IMG/VR virus record: IMGVR_UViG_3300032267_000290
Coordinates: 1-62,057 of that record
Strand: one strand, 5' to 3'
DNA length: 62,057 nt
DNA from: a virus
Taxonomy: Duplodnaviria; Caudoviricetes
The notes beneath the pieces were generated by a model. It saw only the letters and a program-made list of their open reading frames with translations. It did not search any database and was not told the origin of the DNA. This document shows, piece by piece, positions 11,401 to 20,866 of this stretch (the first letter of the stretch is position 1; each line of letters opens with the position of its first letter). The translations under genes were made by a program, and so were the position numbers.

Positions 11401-14400
11401 CTAGGCTTTACTACCGCCACAGACATCTTTAACAAGATTGAAGAAGGTGGCATTAAGACTCTTGAGCCTGTTAAAGAGGGTGAAGCCGTTAAATACGACA
11501 AAACAAGACGTATTGATATGGACTTTAAACAGGTCACCGAACGTATTCCTGAGTTACAAGAGGGAATGGCAAAGCTTGAGGCTGGAGAGATAACCGCCAA
11601 ACAATACGACAAGCTGGTTAATAAATACAAAACAATCATGCCGTATGATTTTGTTCCAAAACCAGCTACAAAAGCAGAGGCTATAGGTGCTATTGAAGAT
11701 AAAGAGACCTATGGTGTTCCATCTAAGACATTAAAAAATGGTCACCCAGTTGGCTTGAGACTAGATATTCCAGCATATAGTCGTTATGGGGTATGGGTTC
11801 CTACCATCCATGAACAAGCATCAGGATTTGGTGCTGGCAAAAAGATTGGGCATGAAAGCGTAGCCTCAGTAACTAATGCCACATTTGGTATGTCTGAAAA
11901 AGCTGCCGCAAGTATTGCTGGTGGAAAACCAAAAGGCACGATTGCCACCATTAAAGGTAGCTACAAAAAGATTAGTGAAAAAGATGCAGTTGCAAGAGCA
12001 GAAGAAGCTTTAAACGATCCAACATGGACACAGGTTGGTATGGATCCAGAACGTCATAGCTATTTCTATGACCGTAAAACAACCGAACCTGTTGTTTCTG
12101 CCGATGAAGTGATTCAGATTGGCCCGCTCGTGCTGGCAAAAAATGCGGTATATGCACCTAAATCACAGTTTAAGTATTCCTTAAGAACAGATAAAAAAGA
12201 AATTACACCTCTTAGTGTTGAGCAAGCCATCATTTACGATAATGAGTTAGAAGGCTTAATTAAAAAAATTGGCAACCGTATCGTTGGCATGAAGTCTGAA
12301 GAGACTTTGGAAGACGTTAAAAAAGCCGTTAAAAAGCTACAAAGCTATACCGCTCAGGGTTTAAAAGGCAAGGATTGGTACGAGCGTTCAGCAAAAGCAG
12401 TGCTTAGTGCGTTTAATAATGACGCAGTACTAGCAGAGAAGTTCTTTCAAGTTATTGCTATTACATCCGCCAACACTGAGGTTGCCGCAAACTTTACCAA
12501 AGCAGCTAATGCGTGGACTCAGTTTGCCGAAGGTAGACCAATCAAGATTGGTACAGAAAACGAAAACAAGAAGATCGATGCTCTTCTTAACTTTGGCGAA
12601 GAATGGGAAGGTCGCAAGACTAATACCTTCTATAGCAACCTAATGGAAGCAATGGATGGTAAAGACAGTGGTCGTTCCACTATTGACCTCCATATGACAA
12701 GAATGATATTTGGTAAAGACGTACCTACCGATGCCCAGTATGAGTTGGCAGAGAATATGGTGCGTTTACTAGCATCTAAACTTGATGTAGCACCACGTCA
12801 AATACAGGCGGCATCTTGGGTAACCCAAAAAGCCAAGACCATGTTTGAAGACTATCGTGCAAAGGGATGGAAAAAAGACCTAAGCGATGAGGAATTAAGC
12901 CAGTTTGCGTTTGAACGTGCTGTAGCAGACTACTCACATCAAATGCAAAAACGGGTTTCACAGTTGCCAATTACAGGGGCTTTGCTTGAGCCTTCTAAGG
13001 AAATTAAAACACGTGTACAGAATATTACTGGTGAAGTTATTCCTTCCGTGCAGTCAGAAATGGCTCAGGCTGAAGAACTTAACTTTAATTACAAAGAAAA
13101 GCTTACTAAAGAGATTGCCAACGCTAATACCGTTCAAGCAATTGCCAAATATATTGGTGTACAAAGCAAGATACGGGTAACTGTTGGCTCTGGAGCGTAT
13201 GCTAAAAAAGTCAATCCTAATCTAATCGTTCAAATTATTAATGACGATGCCGATGTAGCAGAAAAAGACGCTTTAGATATGGCAAACGCCATGTCCTACG
13301 TGTTTAAACAGGATGCTACCCCGTTTTTTAGAGCGGATCCTAAGTTAATAGACACCGATCAAATTGGCTTTAAACTTAAATTTGATACCGCTATGCTTAC
13401 ACCAGCACAGCAAAAGAAAATACTTGCCATTTTCCAAAAGAAATTTGGCAATGATGCTGGTTTTACTAGAATTCGCAGTAACGAGTTAGTTATAATTAAC
13501 TATCGTGGCGAGAACGGAAAACCGTTTTTAGTGCCAGATGAAGAGTTTATGCAAGGGCTTGCTGATATTCGTGATGCAATCAGCGAGGTTTCACCAATAG
13601 AATCCCAAGAAATGTTTGGGGCAAAATCGGAGTATCCATACCATGACTGGAAAGAAGAGCCTAGTGGAGTTGGGATTGTCGCTGGGATTCAAAATCGCAG
13701 ACCCGAACAGTCCGATATACAAAGAGGGCTTGACGATTTCCGTGAATCCTTTGTCGGATCAGTTAGAGAAACAATCAGACAATCGGGAAAAGAACCCAAG
13801 TTCTCCCTCAGAGCAGAAGAATTAGCTCCTGAGAGTAAGTATTCTCTAGCGTTGGGTAACATAGACCCAACCACGTTCTTAGTCTCAGAGAAAAACCCCA
13901 ACAACACGGGCAACCTAGCGTTTATGCCAGGTTCCGCACCATTTGCCAAATACCCTATTCGCCTACCTGTTGGTACGCATGATGACATTAGCGATCAAGG
14001 CTATGGAGCAAATCACATCCTTAGACGGATGCAGACTGACGTTAAACGTAGACCCGCTGAGGTTACCAAAGAACGTTTAGAAGATTTAATCCTTCACATT
14101 GAGGATCTTGGCAAACGGTTTAAACGGGTATATCGCAGCGGACCTCAGTTAGTTCTTTACGACCCACTGACTGACGATGCTATGTTTGTCAAACCTCTGT
14201 CTGACCATTACGAAGTACAAAGTATGTACAGTGATGCCCGTATTCCAACCAAATACGGTGATGCCGCTTGGTCTGGCAAGAATATACAACCGATAGAGGC
14301 TAAGAAATTTGAAGAAAAGCAACGTGGCATTCTGGTGCAAGCCAGCAAAGAAGGTCGTGTTGAGCCTAAACCTATTGGTATTAAGGTAAAACGTGTCATT

Positions 14401-17400
14401 ACACCAAATCAAATAGAGGCAGAGGCAGAGAAGAAAGTAGAGCCAACCAAGGGAACTCTGTCGCTTAAGAAAAAGATGTCTTTAAAGGTTCCTGATACCC
14501 CAGAGGTTGATGCGTTTATGAACCGCAAAGAGGGTAAGTCTAAGATTGTTGATGAGAATGGCACTCCAAAGATCATGTATCACGGCACTGCCCGTGATAT
14601 TACGGAGTTTAAACCTAAGCAAGCTAACGCTATTTTCTTAACTGATAATCCTCGTTTTGCTGAAGGTTTCACTGATGCCAGTGAAGCCTATATGGTTAAG
14701 GAATTAAAAGACAGATTGTCTAGCGAAGAGTTGCAAAAACTTGCAAAAGAAGCTGATAAACGGGCTAAGAAAAGCGGTGATCTTCCAGAGGAGGAGATGG
14801 CTAGAGTATTAAGAGAGCAGTTGCCTAGTCGTGCCAATATCATTCCAACATATGTTTATTCTAGAAAACCGTTTGATTTTGAAAATGATAACGATGTTGA
14901 AGAGGTTTTAAATAATCTTGAAACTGAATCATTGGCAGTTGAATTGGATAGACGTGCTTTAAGAAATGGCAATTGGTCAGAAATTGAAAAACCACGTTTT
15001 CAAAAAGCAATTAAAGCCGCTGGTTTTGATGCTTTTTATGTAAAAGAAGGCGGTCAAAAGAACCTTGCGGTCTATGACTCAAGTCAGATCAAGTCTGCGT
15101 TTAACGTTGCTCCTACCGCAGAATCTAAAGACATCCGCTATTCCTTTAACGTTGCTCCAGAGAGCCATACCAAGCTAGAGCAAGTTAATACTTACGGTAA
15201 AACGCTTATCGATACAATTACCAGCATCTTTAAGATGTTTAAAGACCCTGAAGAAAGAATGAAAGCTCGTATTGCTTTTATAGATCCTAACTCTAGCTTG
15301 GCAAGAAGCCTACAAGATCAAGAGATTTATAAAAACGGAGTGCTTCGTGCCGACCTATTGGCTAGAGCCAAAGCAACATTAATCAACATAATTCGTAACG
15401 GTTTGCAGACTGGTATACCAATTACTAATTCAGACGGCACTCTTATTATTGAAATAGATGAAGTTAACAATTTAGCAAACAGTCGAATTTTAGCTGACCG
15501 TTTAGACGACAACTACTACGTCAAGGGTTCTGAATTAAGCGGTCGTGCATTTGTGGCTGAAGTGGCTCGTGCCTTGCGTGGCAAAGAAATTATGGAAGAA
15601 GACCGTATCCATAATGCCAATACTGGCGAAAAAAGAAATCGTGAGAAACAGGTAACTCAAAAGCAGATTGACTGGGCAGAGCAACAATTAAAGAACGTCC
15701 CAGAAATGCAAGAAATCTTTGACATCTGGAAAAAAGTCAATACAGGGCTTATCAACCTCTGGGAGAGCGTAGGACTGTTTAGCAAGAAAGAGGCTGACAC
15801 TTACCGTGCCAAGAAGTTCTACGTGTCTCTAGCGGCTTCTAATACCGATTTAGAGACCATGATGGAGAGTCAGCTAGGCTTTACTGCGGCTGGTCTAAAG
15901 TCTACCCCTAAAGTTAAAAAACTAGAGGGTGCTGAGTACTTGCGGGACAAGAACGGTAAGGTTGTTTTGGACGAAAATGGCAATCCCGTGCCGTTAAAAC
16001 GCAACATTTGGGAAAACATTGATAAGCAATACGCATCCATGTTGGCGGGTGCTTACCAAAATCAAGTCCGCAAAGTCGCTGTTACCCAGTTAATTGATGC
16101 TGGTGCCGCCAGAATACCCACCAAGAAACGTAATGGTGTTGATGTAGGCAATCCTGATGCAGAAGGAATCAACCTACGCTATAAAGATCCTACCAATCCA
16201 TTTGCAGACTCTAAGGGTGTGGTTCATGTCATAGTAGATAACGCTACTGACCTTTCCGCCTTTGAGTCCATGCACTACGAACTTGGACCTGTCTTGAAGT
16301 TCTTTGGCGGGGCTACCAACATTCTTCGTGCGGGTGCTTTATTAAACCCCATGTTCTGGATACGTCAGTTAATTCGTGATCCAATCCATGCCAGCATCGT
16401 AGCCAATGGCGGTATCGTTACTCCATTCCACTCGGCTAAGGAATACATAAATATCCTTCGTAAAGACTCGGAAGAGGCTAAGATTCTTGCCTCCCGTGGT
16501 GTTATTGGACAGTACGATAGTACCCTTGATCTACAGACATTCCTTAATCAAGTCGGCACAGAAAAGGTTGATCCAAGCAATCTTGAAAAGGTGTTCCACA
16601 AGTTAATGCTGATGCATGAGGCATCCGATGCGGCAACTCGTGTAGCCATCTTCAAGAAAGAAAAGCAATCTGCTCTAGATAAAGGTATGACCGAGGAAGA
16701 GGCAGTTAATTATGGAGTTATGAAGTCTCGTGAGGCTATTAACTTCCTAGTACATGGAAACTCTAAGGTTCTAAATGCCGCTCGTCAAATGATCCCATTC
16801 TTGTCGGCATCCATCACTTCCTTGGATACCGTATACCGTGCCGCTACAGGCTACAACTTGCCAGCTTCTGAGAAAGAAGCAGCTAAGAAGCTGTTTAAAC
16901 AGCGAGCTGCGTTAATGTTTGGAGCTTCAGTCGCCTACGCTATGTTGATGCAAGACGATGAGGAATATCAGAAACAACCTAACTATGTCAAAGATAACAA
17001 CTGGCTGATTAAAAACCCCCTCTCAGATGGATTCATTAAAGTTCCTGTCCCATACGAGGTTGGCTTCCTGTTCAAGGTCGTGCCAGAGGTAGCAATACGC
17101 TATGCCTACGGCAATGACACAGGCAAAGAGATGATCAAAGCCTATAAAGACGGCTTGTTACATAACCTCCCAACAGGCGGTGTGCCAGTACCACAGGCTA
17201 TCAAACCAGCTTTAGAGAATTTTGTTAACTACTCATTCTTTACTGGTAACCCAGTAGAAAGCATTGGTGATGCCAGACTTCCAGTAGAGGCTCGTGGACG
17301 TAACGCTAGTGAAACGGCTAAGTTCCTCAGCGGGGCTGGACTCGGATTTGTAGGTCTGTCTCCCGCCAAGATCGACAATTTAGTCCAAGGCTACTTTGCT

Positions 17401-17853
17401 GAAGCTGGTACGTTTATGTTTACGTTGGCAGATGAGCTTGTTTACACGCTTCAAGGAAAAGACGGAGCAGCAAGAAACCTAGAGAAACAGCCATTCTTCA
17501 AAGCGTTTATGACTGATCCTAACGCAGATAAGGCAGTGGCTAACTTCTTTGATATTCAACAGACGGCTAACCGTACTGCCCAAGGATTTAATGAACTGAA
17601 GAACTCAGGTCGTTTGGAAGAGGCTAGAGAAATGGTAGAGGACGAGGAGAAGAAGATGCTCATCGCCTCCGCACCAACTCTTAGAAAATTCAGCGAGAAC
17701 ATGAGCAAGGTTCGCAGACAAATTGAAATAGTTAAAAATGACCAGAGCAGAACACCAGAAGAGCGTAGAGAACTCGTTAACAAATTGACGGCACAGTACA
17801 ACATCATTGCCCAACAAGGGGTTAAAGCGGCAGATACACTAGGTATTCGTTAA
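8470..17853 (+). CDS. Giant polyvalent internal virion protein (zincin HExxH, HhH/DUF7178-like, PBECR-like, ART-PolyVal, LPD38-like domains)
   Basis: 3127 aa; HESIH..EEAIAE; WY..TIDLHM..QAASW; GYGANHI; SKIVDENGTPKIMYHGT..QIKSA; C-terminal DNNWLI..KVPVPYEVG. Confidence 0.8.
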   Translation: MAITAQLFDGTILQFPDDTDKSVIDRTVKRVTEEKQIKPDTGFTGAFSAGKERLKGDVALLAGKTGLMSLEDAERYKEEKDALAQKMFKPTEEGWSQAPFLKFRETLGGSLPYMAAPLAAGVGAKVLGVGAGVGLAGAGLASLGQFTGSNLSRQIETGKSLEEASLGKAAAAAVPQTALDVVSLRMIPSIGRLFGAAGKEVTPELAKKIAEQGMLRTTAAYGAGSAKLAGIEGATEVGQQFLERLQAGLNISDQQARDEYFDSFIGGAVLGGTLAVPGTYLERGATISKGKQMEEDQKQQAILDRKKAEQEAALAERQRIQETQQKLGVDTKTLALPAPEKKYVEPSEDDPLFNPLGRFKTTDLSAKEIAEINQRRQAMGKARIGKTFSIEDLADVFTPEETKTAEGVLGRLVASRTGFQAGDDISPATLNLAAQQRGISTDTQGFRDFLERTTGTNSLENMSPPQRLAVKQALENIPEGAESQVLQAGITTVKHYTPEQYTQTIGGINKEFAEVGNKPNGRESILKQIEQYSGLTRRKDQQRLLDQAILSGDLERVVEVRNVNGVEKNVEMIQKPTPRKELPGGMDIRRETFKQGETPDLYEIRSGSRVINQKETAEEAEEELVIHEKNRQAKVIDLEKKIASLQAGIQKREADLLNDRSLGQDQDNAFFIKSANYYGQDQVANQDIANLRQQQQQFAQPIQIVPVGTRALTQSKFTYYEKGKPTVKFDSEEQAEAYGISRLNDQTLQQIIDSASAQKQTGRVKRYVNLAQKELDSRTGKKPAGIEITTKQGLEGAEQRLEKLGLIKAEAQKKLTDNIEALRKSLMPVLKRFGLEKIGLDIVESIENGKADGSYVKNLITLALDAKDVMGTLRHESIHALKELGGFTDAEWKVLTNKAKTEWVQKFIKDRGLFKRYQDQYKQDYGTLKGFDEYIQEEAIAEAFRFYSKNKLPAGMIGNIIVRLQKFFEALRNSLNKLGFTTATDIFNKIEEGGIKTLEPVKEGEAVKYDKTRRIDMDFKQVTERIPELQEGMAKLEAGEITAKQYDKLVNKYKTIMPYDFVPKPATKAEAIGAIEDKETYGVPSKTLKNGHPVGLRLDIPAYSRYGVWVPTIHEQASGFGAGKKIGHESVASVTNATFGMSEKAAASIAGGKPKGTIATIKGSYKKISEKDAVARAEEALNDPTWTQVGMDPERHSYFYDRKTTEPVVSADEVIQIGPLVLAKNAVYAPKSQFKYSLRTDKKEITPLSVEQAIIYDNELEGLIKKIGNRIVGMKSEETLEDVKKAVKKLQSYTAQGLKGKDWYERSAKAVLSAFNNDAVLAEKFFQVIAITSANTEVAANFTKAANAWTQFAEGRPIKIGTENENKKIDALLNFGEEWEGRKTNTFYSNLMEAMDGKDSGRSTIDLHMTRMIFGKDVPTDAQYELAENMVRLLASKLDVAPRQIQAASWVTQKAKTMFEDYRAKGWKKDLSDEELSQFAFERAVADYSHQMQKRVSQLPITGALLEPSKEIKTRVQNITGEVIPSVQSEMAQAEELNFNYKEKLTKEIANANTVQAIAKYIGVQSKIRVTVGSGAYAKKVNPNLIVQIINDDADVAEKDALDMANAMSYVFKQDATPFFRADPKLIDTDQIGFKLKFDTAMLTPAQQKKILAIFQKKFGNDAGFTRIRSNELVIINYRGENGKPFLVPDEEFMQGLADIRDAISEVSPIESQEMFGAKSEYPYHDWKEEPSGVGIVAGIQNRRPEQSDIQRGLDDFRESFVGSVRETIRQSGKEPKFSLRAEELAPESKYSLALGNIDPTTFLVSEKNPNNTGNLAFMPGSAPFAKYPIRLPVGTHDDISDQGYGANHILRRMQTDVKRRPAEVTKERLEDLILHIEDLGKRFKRVYRSGPQLVLYDPLTDDAMFVKPLSDHYEVQSMYSDARIPTKYGDAAWSGKNIQPIEAKKFEEKQRGILVQASKEGRVEPKPIGIKVKRVITPNQIEAEAEKKVEPTKGTLSLKKKMSLKVPDTPEVDAFMNRKEGKSKIVDENGTPKIMYHGTARDITEFKPKQANAIFLTDNPRFAEGFTDASEAYMVKELKDRLSSEELQKLAKEADKRAKKSGDLPEEEMARVLREQLPSRANIIPTYVYSRKPFDFENDNDVEEVLNNLETESLAVELDRRALRNGNWSEIEKPRFQKAIKAAGFDAFYVKEGGQKNLAVYDSSQIKSAFNVAPTAESKDIRYSFNVAPESHTKLEQVNTYGKTLIDTITSIFKMFKDPEERMKARIAFIDPNSSLARSLQDQEIYKNGVLRADLLARAKATLINIIRNGLQTGIPITNSDGTLIIEIDEVNNLANSRILADRLDDNYYVKGSELSGRAFVAEVARALRGKEIMEEDRIHNANTGEKRNREKQVTQKQIDWAEQQLKNVPEMQEIFDIWKKVNTGLINLWESVGLFSKKEADTYRAKKFYVSLAASNTDLETMMESQLGFTAAGLKSTPKVKKLEGAEYLRDKNGKVVLDENGNPVPLKRNIWENIDKQYASMLAGAYQNQVRKVAVTQLIDAGAARIPTKKRNGVDVGNPDAEGINLRYKDPTNPFADSKGVVHVIVDNATDLSAFESMHYELGPVLKFFGGATNILRAGALLNPMFWIRQLIRDPIHASIVANGGIVTPFHSAKEYINILRKDSEEAKILASRGVIGQYDSTLDLQTFLNQVGTEKVDPSNLEKVFHKLMLMHEASDAATRVAIFKKEKQSALDKGMTEEEAVNYGVMKSREAINFLVHGNSKVLNAARQMIPFLSASITSLDTVYRAATGYNLPASEKEAAKKLFKQRAALMFGASVAYAMLMQDDEEYQKQPNYVKDNNWLIKNPLSDGFIKVPVPYEVGFLFKVVPEVAIRYAYGNDTGKEMIKAYKDGLLHNLPTGGVPVPQAIKPALENFVNYSFFTGNPVESIGDARLPVEARGRNASETAKFLSGAGLGFVGLSPAKIDNLVQGYFAEAGTFMFTLADELVYTLQGKDGAARNLEKQPFFKAFMTDPNADKAVANFFDIQQTANRTAQGFNELKNSGRLEEAREMVEDEEKKMLIASAPTLRKFSENMSKVRRQIEIVKNDQSRTPEERRELVNKLTAQYNIIAQQGVKAADTLGIR

Positions 17854-18114
17854 GAGATGTTCCGTGAATACGGATAAGTCCTCCTCAGATAACTCATACT
17901 TCGCTTCAAATGCTTTGCGTCCAAGTCCGTGAACACCAGTATTTCCTCGGTGGTGTTCAGGACATAGCGGGATAACAGGAGCATTGTCTCGTCTACCACC
18001 TCTTCTAATGTGATGTAATTCTGCTGGTGTTCCTTCGTATCCAAGATGCCAACAGAGGATGCATCCGAGTCTTGCAACTTTCCCATACCGCTCTTTCTCC
18101 GCCTTGGTAGCCAT
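17839..18114 (-). CDS. Ref-like / HNH-type Zn-binding nuclease
   Basis: GCILC...ELHH...IPLCPEHH motif. Confidence 0.7.
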   Translation of the reverse strand: MATKAEKERYGKVARLGCILCWHLGYEGTPAELHHIRRGGRRDNAPVIPLCPEHHRGNTGVHGLGRKAFEAKYELSEEDLSVFTEHLLTNT

Positions 18115-18116
18115 GT

Positions 18117-18383
18117 TTAAACTTTGATCCGCTTCGCTATTTCACGGTTGATATACCAAGCCGCTTTGCGTAAGTCTTCGACTGCGTTGCCCTTTTCATC
18201 TGCCCGCCATATGTATTTCATGGCATTACCAAGGTTAAATCCCATATGTTCGGTGACTTGAATACACTCTACCCCCGATGGGTGTGACGTGTAATGTTTA
18301 GGATGGTTTACCAAATCTTCTTTTTTCATCACAGTATCATCACTGTACTGCACCCATCCAGCAAAAGGTATTGGTTCTTTCAT
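18117..18383 (-). CDS. DUF3310 (SaV-like) protein
   Basis: VNHPKHY...ECI...GNAMKYIWR...KG..EDLRKA.WY. Confidence 0.85.
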   Translation of the reverse strand: MKEPIPFAGWVQYSDDTVMKKEDLVNHPKHYTSHPSGVECIQVTEHMGFNLGNAMKYIWRADEKGNAVEDLRKAAWYINREIAKRIKV

Positions 18384-18477
18384 TCACGATCTCCAAGATA
18401 AATAAGTAAAAAAACAACAAGAAGAAAAATACAAACCATCAGTCCTATACCAGCAAAAAATACAACAAAAAAAGTGG

Positions 18478-18750
18478 TCATCGTTTAAACTCCCAAAGCT
18501 CCATCATATTAGTAAGTTGATTGCTAATACTTCTAAGAGATTCTTTTAGATGTCTGTTCTCATCATATAGCTTCTGCCCTGTTTCGCTCAGGGATTGAAT
18601 GACTTTCTTTTGAACGTCAATCTCTTCAAGTAATTCATTAACCATCTTCTTGTGGGCAATAAACTCGCCCAAGGTTTGATGACTAGCACCGCCATCAACG
18701 ATGTGTGGTGGTGAGGAATTCTGTCTGTCTTCGGTTGTAAATGTAGTCAT
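18478..18750 (-). CDS. Hypothetical coiled-coil protein
   Basis: ORF coupled to the upstream gene by ATGA overlap. Confidence 0.6.
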   Translation of the reverse strand: MTTFTTEDRQNSSPPHIVDGGASHQTLGEFIAHKKMVNELLEEIDVQKKVIQSLSETGQKLYDENRHLKESLRSISNQLTNMMELWEFKR

Positions 18751-18893
18751 TTCTCTTGTTCCTTATTTATTATCTGATGTAAATACATTCGTATAGCTAT
18801 TGACATATTTATTCCATGCTTTTTAAAAATTGCGTTAGCCAATTCTTTTGTTTTTGTATCCACCCTTACTCTAATCATGTAATCTTTTTTCAT
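18747..18893 (-). CDS. RelB/DinJ-like ribbon-helix-helix micro-protein (48 aa, not in ORF track)
   Basis: MKKDYMIRVRVDTKTKELANAIFKKHGINMSIAIRMYLHQIINKEQEK; ATGA-coupled on both sides. Confidence 0.7.
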   Translation of the reverse strand: MKKDYMIRVRVDTKTKELANAIFKKHGINMSIAIRMYLHQIINKEQEK

Positions 18894-19102
18894 TTCTCTT
18901 GTGCCTTTTTATTAGTTTCATTCACAATAAGATAAACCTTTTCTCCTTCAATCTTGCGACCAGTAACCCATTCTTCTTTTGCGTCTTCAATCATGTGCGT
19001 ACGCAATGCAATGCGAATAGCGTCTTTTTCACTTTTAGCTTCCACCTCATATAACAACGTATTAAATTGAGTTTCGTATAAAATAACTTCGTATGCGTTC
19101 AT
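18890..19102 (-). CDS. Hypothetical protein
   Basis: ORF in tightly packed operon; ends KAQEK. Confidence 0.65.
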   Translation of the reverse strand: MNAYEVILYETQFNTLLYEVEAKSEKDAIRIALRTHMIEDAKEEWVTGRKIEGEKVYLIVNETNKKAQEK

Positions 19103-19327
19103 TTAGTGTGCCATCAAGATTATGGTTAGCACAAACAGAAGGAACGCAATGTAGACACGCTTAAACCAATACTCTTTATTAAGAATGCGTGGGTCTTGGA
19201 TAAGGTAGCTTTGCAATTCCAACATATCATCGTCATTTTCTACATATGGCGGGTTTACTAGTTTATTTAAATAAACTTCATTGCCTATTTTGATCTTGCC
19301 GTTGTTATATGGTGTAACTTTCATCAT
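19103..19327 (-). CDS. Hypothetical membrane protein
   Basis: C-terminal hydrophobic helix. Confidence 0.6.
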   Translation of the reverse strand: MMKVTPYNNGKIKIGNEVYLNKLVNPPYVENDDDMLELQSYLIQDPRILNKEYWFKRVYIAFLLFVLTIILMAH

Positions 19328-19749
19328 TCCCCCATTTGTTTGCCGTATTTAAACAATAACTCTTTTGGAACCAAAAATGCTTTTTTCTTGGATGTATCTC
19401 CCTGACCAACAAACTCTACATACTGTAGTTTATTTTGAAAAATACAATTTACGATGCTCATGGGCTTCATAATGATAAAAACATGGTCATCATGAAATAC
19501 CCAAAAATCTGCGGTAGTAGTGCTAAGGGCTGACAACTGACCGTTCATTTCTATCTCTATAACAACATTCCCAGTCTCGTTGCTCATGGGGTCATATTTC
19601 ACTTCGACTGACTTGTGTAACTCAGGAATCCAAATGTCATAGCCCTTAAATTTGTTAATTAAACTAGCCGATGGATATTTCTTTTGAATGGCATCCAATA
19701 CCTTCAACTCTATATCTAAGCCTCTTTCTAAGTCTTCTTGAAATGTCAT
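19324..19749 (-). CDS. PD-(D/E)XK nuclease-fold protein
   Basis: G..E...YDI...VEVKYD...TGNV.IE motif. Confidence 0.65.
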   Translation of the reverse strand: MTFQEDLERGLDIELKVLDAIQKKYPSASLINKFKGYDIWIPELHKSVEVKYDPMSNETGNVVIEIEMNGQLSALSTTTADFWVFHDDHVFIIMKPMSIVNCIFQNKLQYVEFVGQGDTSKKKAFLVPKELLFKYGKQMGE

Positions 19750-20675
19750 AAAAGCTCCAATGATTGTTGCGAAAGACGTGCATCTTGTAGCTTCTTGTAC
19801 TCCTTGTTCAGCTCGCAGCCCAAGTACTGCCTGTTTAAACGTTGAGCTACGGCAGCGCTGGTTCCAGAACCCATGAACGGATCAAACACAATATCTCTGG
19901 GGCGACTACCCGCAAGGATGCAAGGCTCAATCAAATCCGTTGGGAATGTGGCAAAGTGTGCGCCATGAAAAGGTTTGGTGGTAACAGTCCATACAGACCG
20001 TTTGTTAGCCATTTCGTAAGACTTCTCTAGTCCCGAATGGGGACTAAGTCCTGATCCTTCGTTATGGTATTTGCCATCTGTCCTATCCCTCGTACCCCAA
20101 TCTTCTTTAACAGGCTCTTTGATAGCTTCGTTGTCAAAGTAATACTTGGGGTTCTTGGTTAATAAAAAGATGTATTCGTGGCTCTTCGTGCATCGATCTT
20201 TGACTGACTCAGGCATAGGGTTAGGTTTGTTCCAAATGATGTCTTGACGTAGATACCAACCATCCTCCTGTAAGGCAAAGGCGACTCGCCAAGGGATGCC
20301 TATAAGGTCTTTTTCCTTTAGTCCCTCTTGCTTGTTTCCCCGCCTAGCACAGACTTGCGGTAAGTCTTGGAGGTTATTGGAGACAGTTTGTTTAACCAAA
20401 GACTGTCCCTTACCACCACGATAGTTGTAGTAACTATCCCCAAGGTTTAGCCACAGCGTCCCGTCATCCGCCAGCAGATCCTTAACCCGTTTAAACACGC
20501 TAACGATAGCCGCCACGTAGTCGTCTACGGTTTGCTCAAGTCCAATTTGTCCATCGTGACCATAGTCTCGTAGACCAAAATAAGGGGGAGAGGTGACACA
20601 CGTCTGCACCTTCACCCCCTCTGAGATCCACTGATCCATGATGGTTCGGCAATCGCCAAATTGAATTTGATTCAT
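19746..20675 (-). CDS. DNA N4-cytosine/N6-adenine methyltransferase (beta class)
   Basis: TSPPY motif IV, HFATFP, DPFMGSGT motif I. Confidence 0.92.
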   Translation of the reverse strand: MNQIQFGDCRTIMDQWISEGVKVQTCVTSPPYFGLRDYGHDGQIGLEQTVDDYVAAIVSVFKRVKDLLADDGTLWLNLGDSYYNYRGGKGQSLVKQTVSNNLQDLPQVCARRGNKQEGLKEKDLIGIPWRVAFALQEDGWYLRQDIIWNKPNPMPESVKDRCTKSHEYIFLLTKNPKYYFDNEAIKEPVKEDWGTRDRTDGKYHNEGSGLSPHSGLEKSYEMANKRSVWTVTTKPFHGAHFATFPTDLIEPCILAGSRPRDIVFDPFMGSGTSAAVAQRLNRQYLGCELNKEYKKLQDARLSQQSLELL

Positions 20676-20866
20676 TTTGGTTTGACTCTTCTTTTAATGG
20701 CAACAATCCCTTCTGCACGTGGTTTACGTGCCTCAAGCATATCGTCAGCTAAAGCGTAAGCACCAACTGCTAATCCATCTAGCTTATTGTTGTTACGCAT
20801 TAATAGTCCAGTCAGAGCGAATCCCGCAAGCAAATCACGTAGATACTCTTTGTCCTGATCGGTCAT
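20672..20866 (-). CDS. Conserved phage hypothetical protein
   Basis: LRD..AG.AL.GL...AY.LAD.MLEAR pattern. Confidence 0.7.
   Translation of the reverse strand: MTDQDKEYLRDLLAGFALTGLLMRNNNKLDGLAVGAYALADDMLEARKPRAEGIVAIKRRVKPK

Noticed and set aside
19324-20675. Methylase plus PD-(D/E)XK gene as a restriction-modification system for GTTTAAAC
   Set aside because: Both are common stand-alone phage genes and specificity cannot be read from sequence; no support without a methylome
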